43,958 nt of DNA from Syntrophales bacterium (GTDB lineage Bacteria; Desulfobacterota; Syntrophia; Syntrophales; UBA2185): NCBI GenBank assembly GCA_035625045.1, contig DASPQI010000462.1:1-43958 (forward strand). The letters run 5' to 3'. Below are positions 43,271-43,958 of this stretch, one piece after another (position 1 is the stretch's first letter; the number at the start of each line of letters is the position of its first letter). The notes beneath the pieces were generated by a model. The model did not search any database. It was not told where the DNA came from and was given only the letters and a program-made list of their open reading frames with translations. Position numbers and translations under genes: made by a program.

Positions 43271-43958
43271 TTAGAGCATCATTTTGTACCATTTTCTCAA
43301 TAACAATTTTTCCTTCCGCACCACATGAACGGCAGTTGCCTTAAAGGACGCAAGTATGTCATTCCCCACACGGAGCGATAAATTTTCCAGCGACTGGTTG
43401 GTAACATAGGCAACGAGCGGAAACCCGCAATCAAGGTGAATCTTATGGAAGAGTCCCATAGGGGTAATTTTAACGATCTTTCCCGGAAAGACATTTCTTG
43501 CACTGGTCATATCACCGGAAGTGCCTTTTGAAAGCGTAACATTCTCGGGACGGATGAAGCAGACAACTGCTTCCCCCACATCAACATTGCCCACTGCTTC
43601 AACATCCCGACCCGAAACGGACGTGATAAATGTACCATCATAAGTTTTTATAACACGGCCTGTTAAAACCGTCTCCATACCTACAAATGAAGCGACGAAT
43701 TCATCAACCGGATTATTCATTACCTCGGCCGGCGACCCGATCTGCACGATTTTCCCTTCATTCATCACAGCAATCTGATCCGACAACCTCAGGGCCTCCA
43801 TCTGGTCGTGGGTGGCCATAATCGCCGTCGTCTGCATCTCACGGAGGGTACGCTCCAAGTCTTCCATCAATGATTCACGGGTCGGAGGATCAAGGGAAGA
43901 AAAAGGCTCATCGAGAAAAATTATTTCAGGCCTTATAGCAAAGGCCCTGGCAAGGGTC
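43271..43958 (-). CDS. ABC transporter ATP-binding protein with C-terminal TOBE-like domain (ModC/WtpC/TupC-like); N-terminus outside window
   Basis: The frame stays open to the window edge. Walker B IIFLDEPFSSLD, H-loop IMATHD, then a TOBE-like beta domain (NVFPGKIVKITPMG...). Confidence 0.85.
   Translation of the reverse strand, partial: TLARAFAIRPEIIFLDEPFSSLDPPTRESLMEDLERTLREMQTTAIMATHDQMEALRLSDQIAVMNEGKIVQIGSPAEVMNNPVDEFVASFVGMETVLTGRVIKTYDGTFITSVSGRDVEAVGNVDVGEAVVCFIRPENVTLSKGTSGDMTSARNVFPGKIVKITPMGLFHKIHLDCGFPLVAYVTNQSLENLSLRVGNDILASFKATAVHVVRKEKLLLRKWYKMML

Overview
A 43.9-kb chromosomal segment from an anaerobic bacterium. The gene content (4-subunit 2-oxoacid:ferredoxin oxidoreductase, sigma54/NtrC-type two-component systems, many GC-rich palindromic intergenic repeats) suggests a Desulfobacterota/'deltaproteobacterial'-type organism, but this is inference only. 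Contents, left to right: (1) a 5'-truncated GAF-PAS hybrid histidine kinase. (2) On the minus strand, a translationally coupled 8-gene aromatic amino-acid supraoperon (aroF-aroB-pheA-aroDE-aroA-aroK-aroC-tyrA). Its leader holds an unannotated 31-codon ORF with the run FFYFWSYYYF, followed by two tandem intrinsic terminators built from interchangeable CCATGG arms. This looks like a ribosome-mediated attenuator. (3) A CdaA diadenylate cyclase fused to YbbR/CdaR domains. (4) A consensus-promoter operon of an intact ketosynthase, a catalytically dead ketosynthase and an adenylate-forming ligase. (5) A TauE/TSUP permease and a REC-GAF-GGDEF regulator with a candidate sigma54 promoter. (6) An XRE-cupin regulator plus a 2-oxoacid:ferredoxin oxidoreductase operon in which the delta ferredoxin subunit is fused to a GltD/NfnB-like FAD/NAD(P)H module. 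(7) A small J-domain protein and a crotonase. (8) A sensor kinase/NtrC-type regulator pair, next to a near-consensus sigma54 promoter that points into a ~125-nt non-coding stretch ending in a strong intrinsic terminator (candidate sRNA). (9) rarA, an orphan TrpB2 and a GpsA-like dehydrogenase. (10) A divergent integron integrase (IntI signature insertion present) facing six small, co-oriented, more AT-rich accessory ORFs, consistent with a chromosomal integron. The attC sites could not be confirmed by eye. (11) The 3' part of a TOBE-domain ABC ATPase. No rRNA, tRNA or CRISPR array was seen. All functional calls rest on motif recognition in the supplied translations and on reading the DNA directly. 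No database search or folding program was run.
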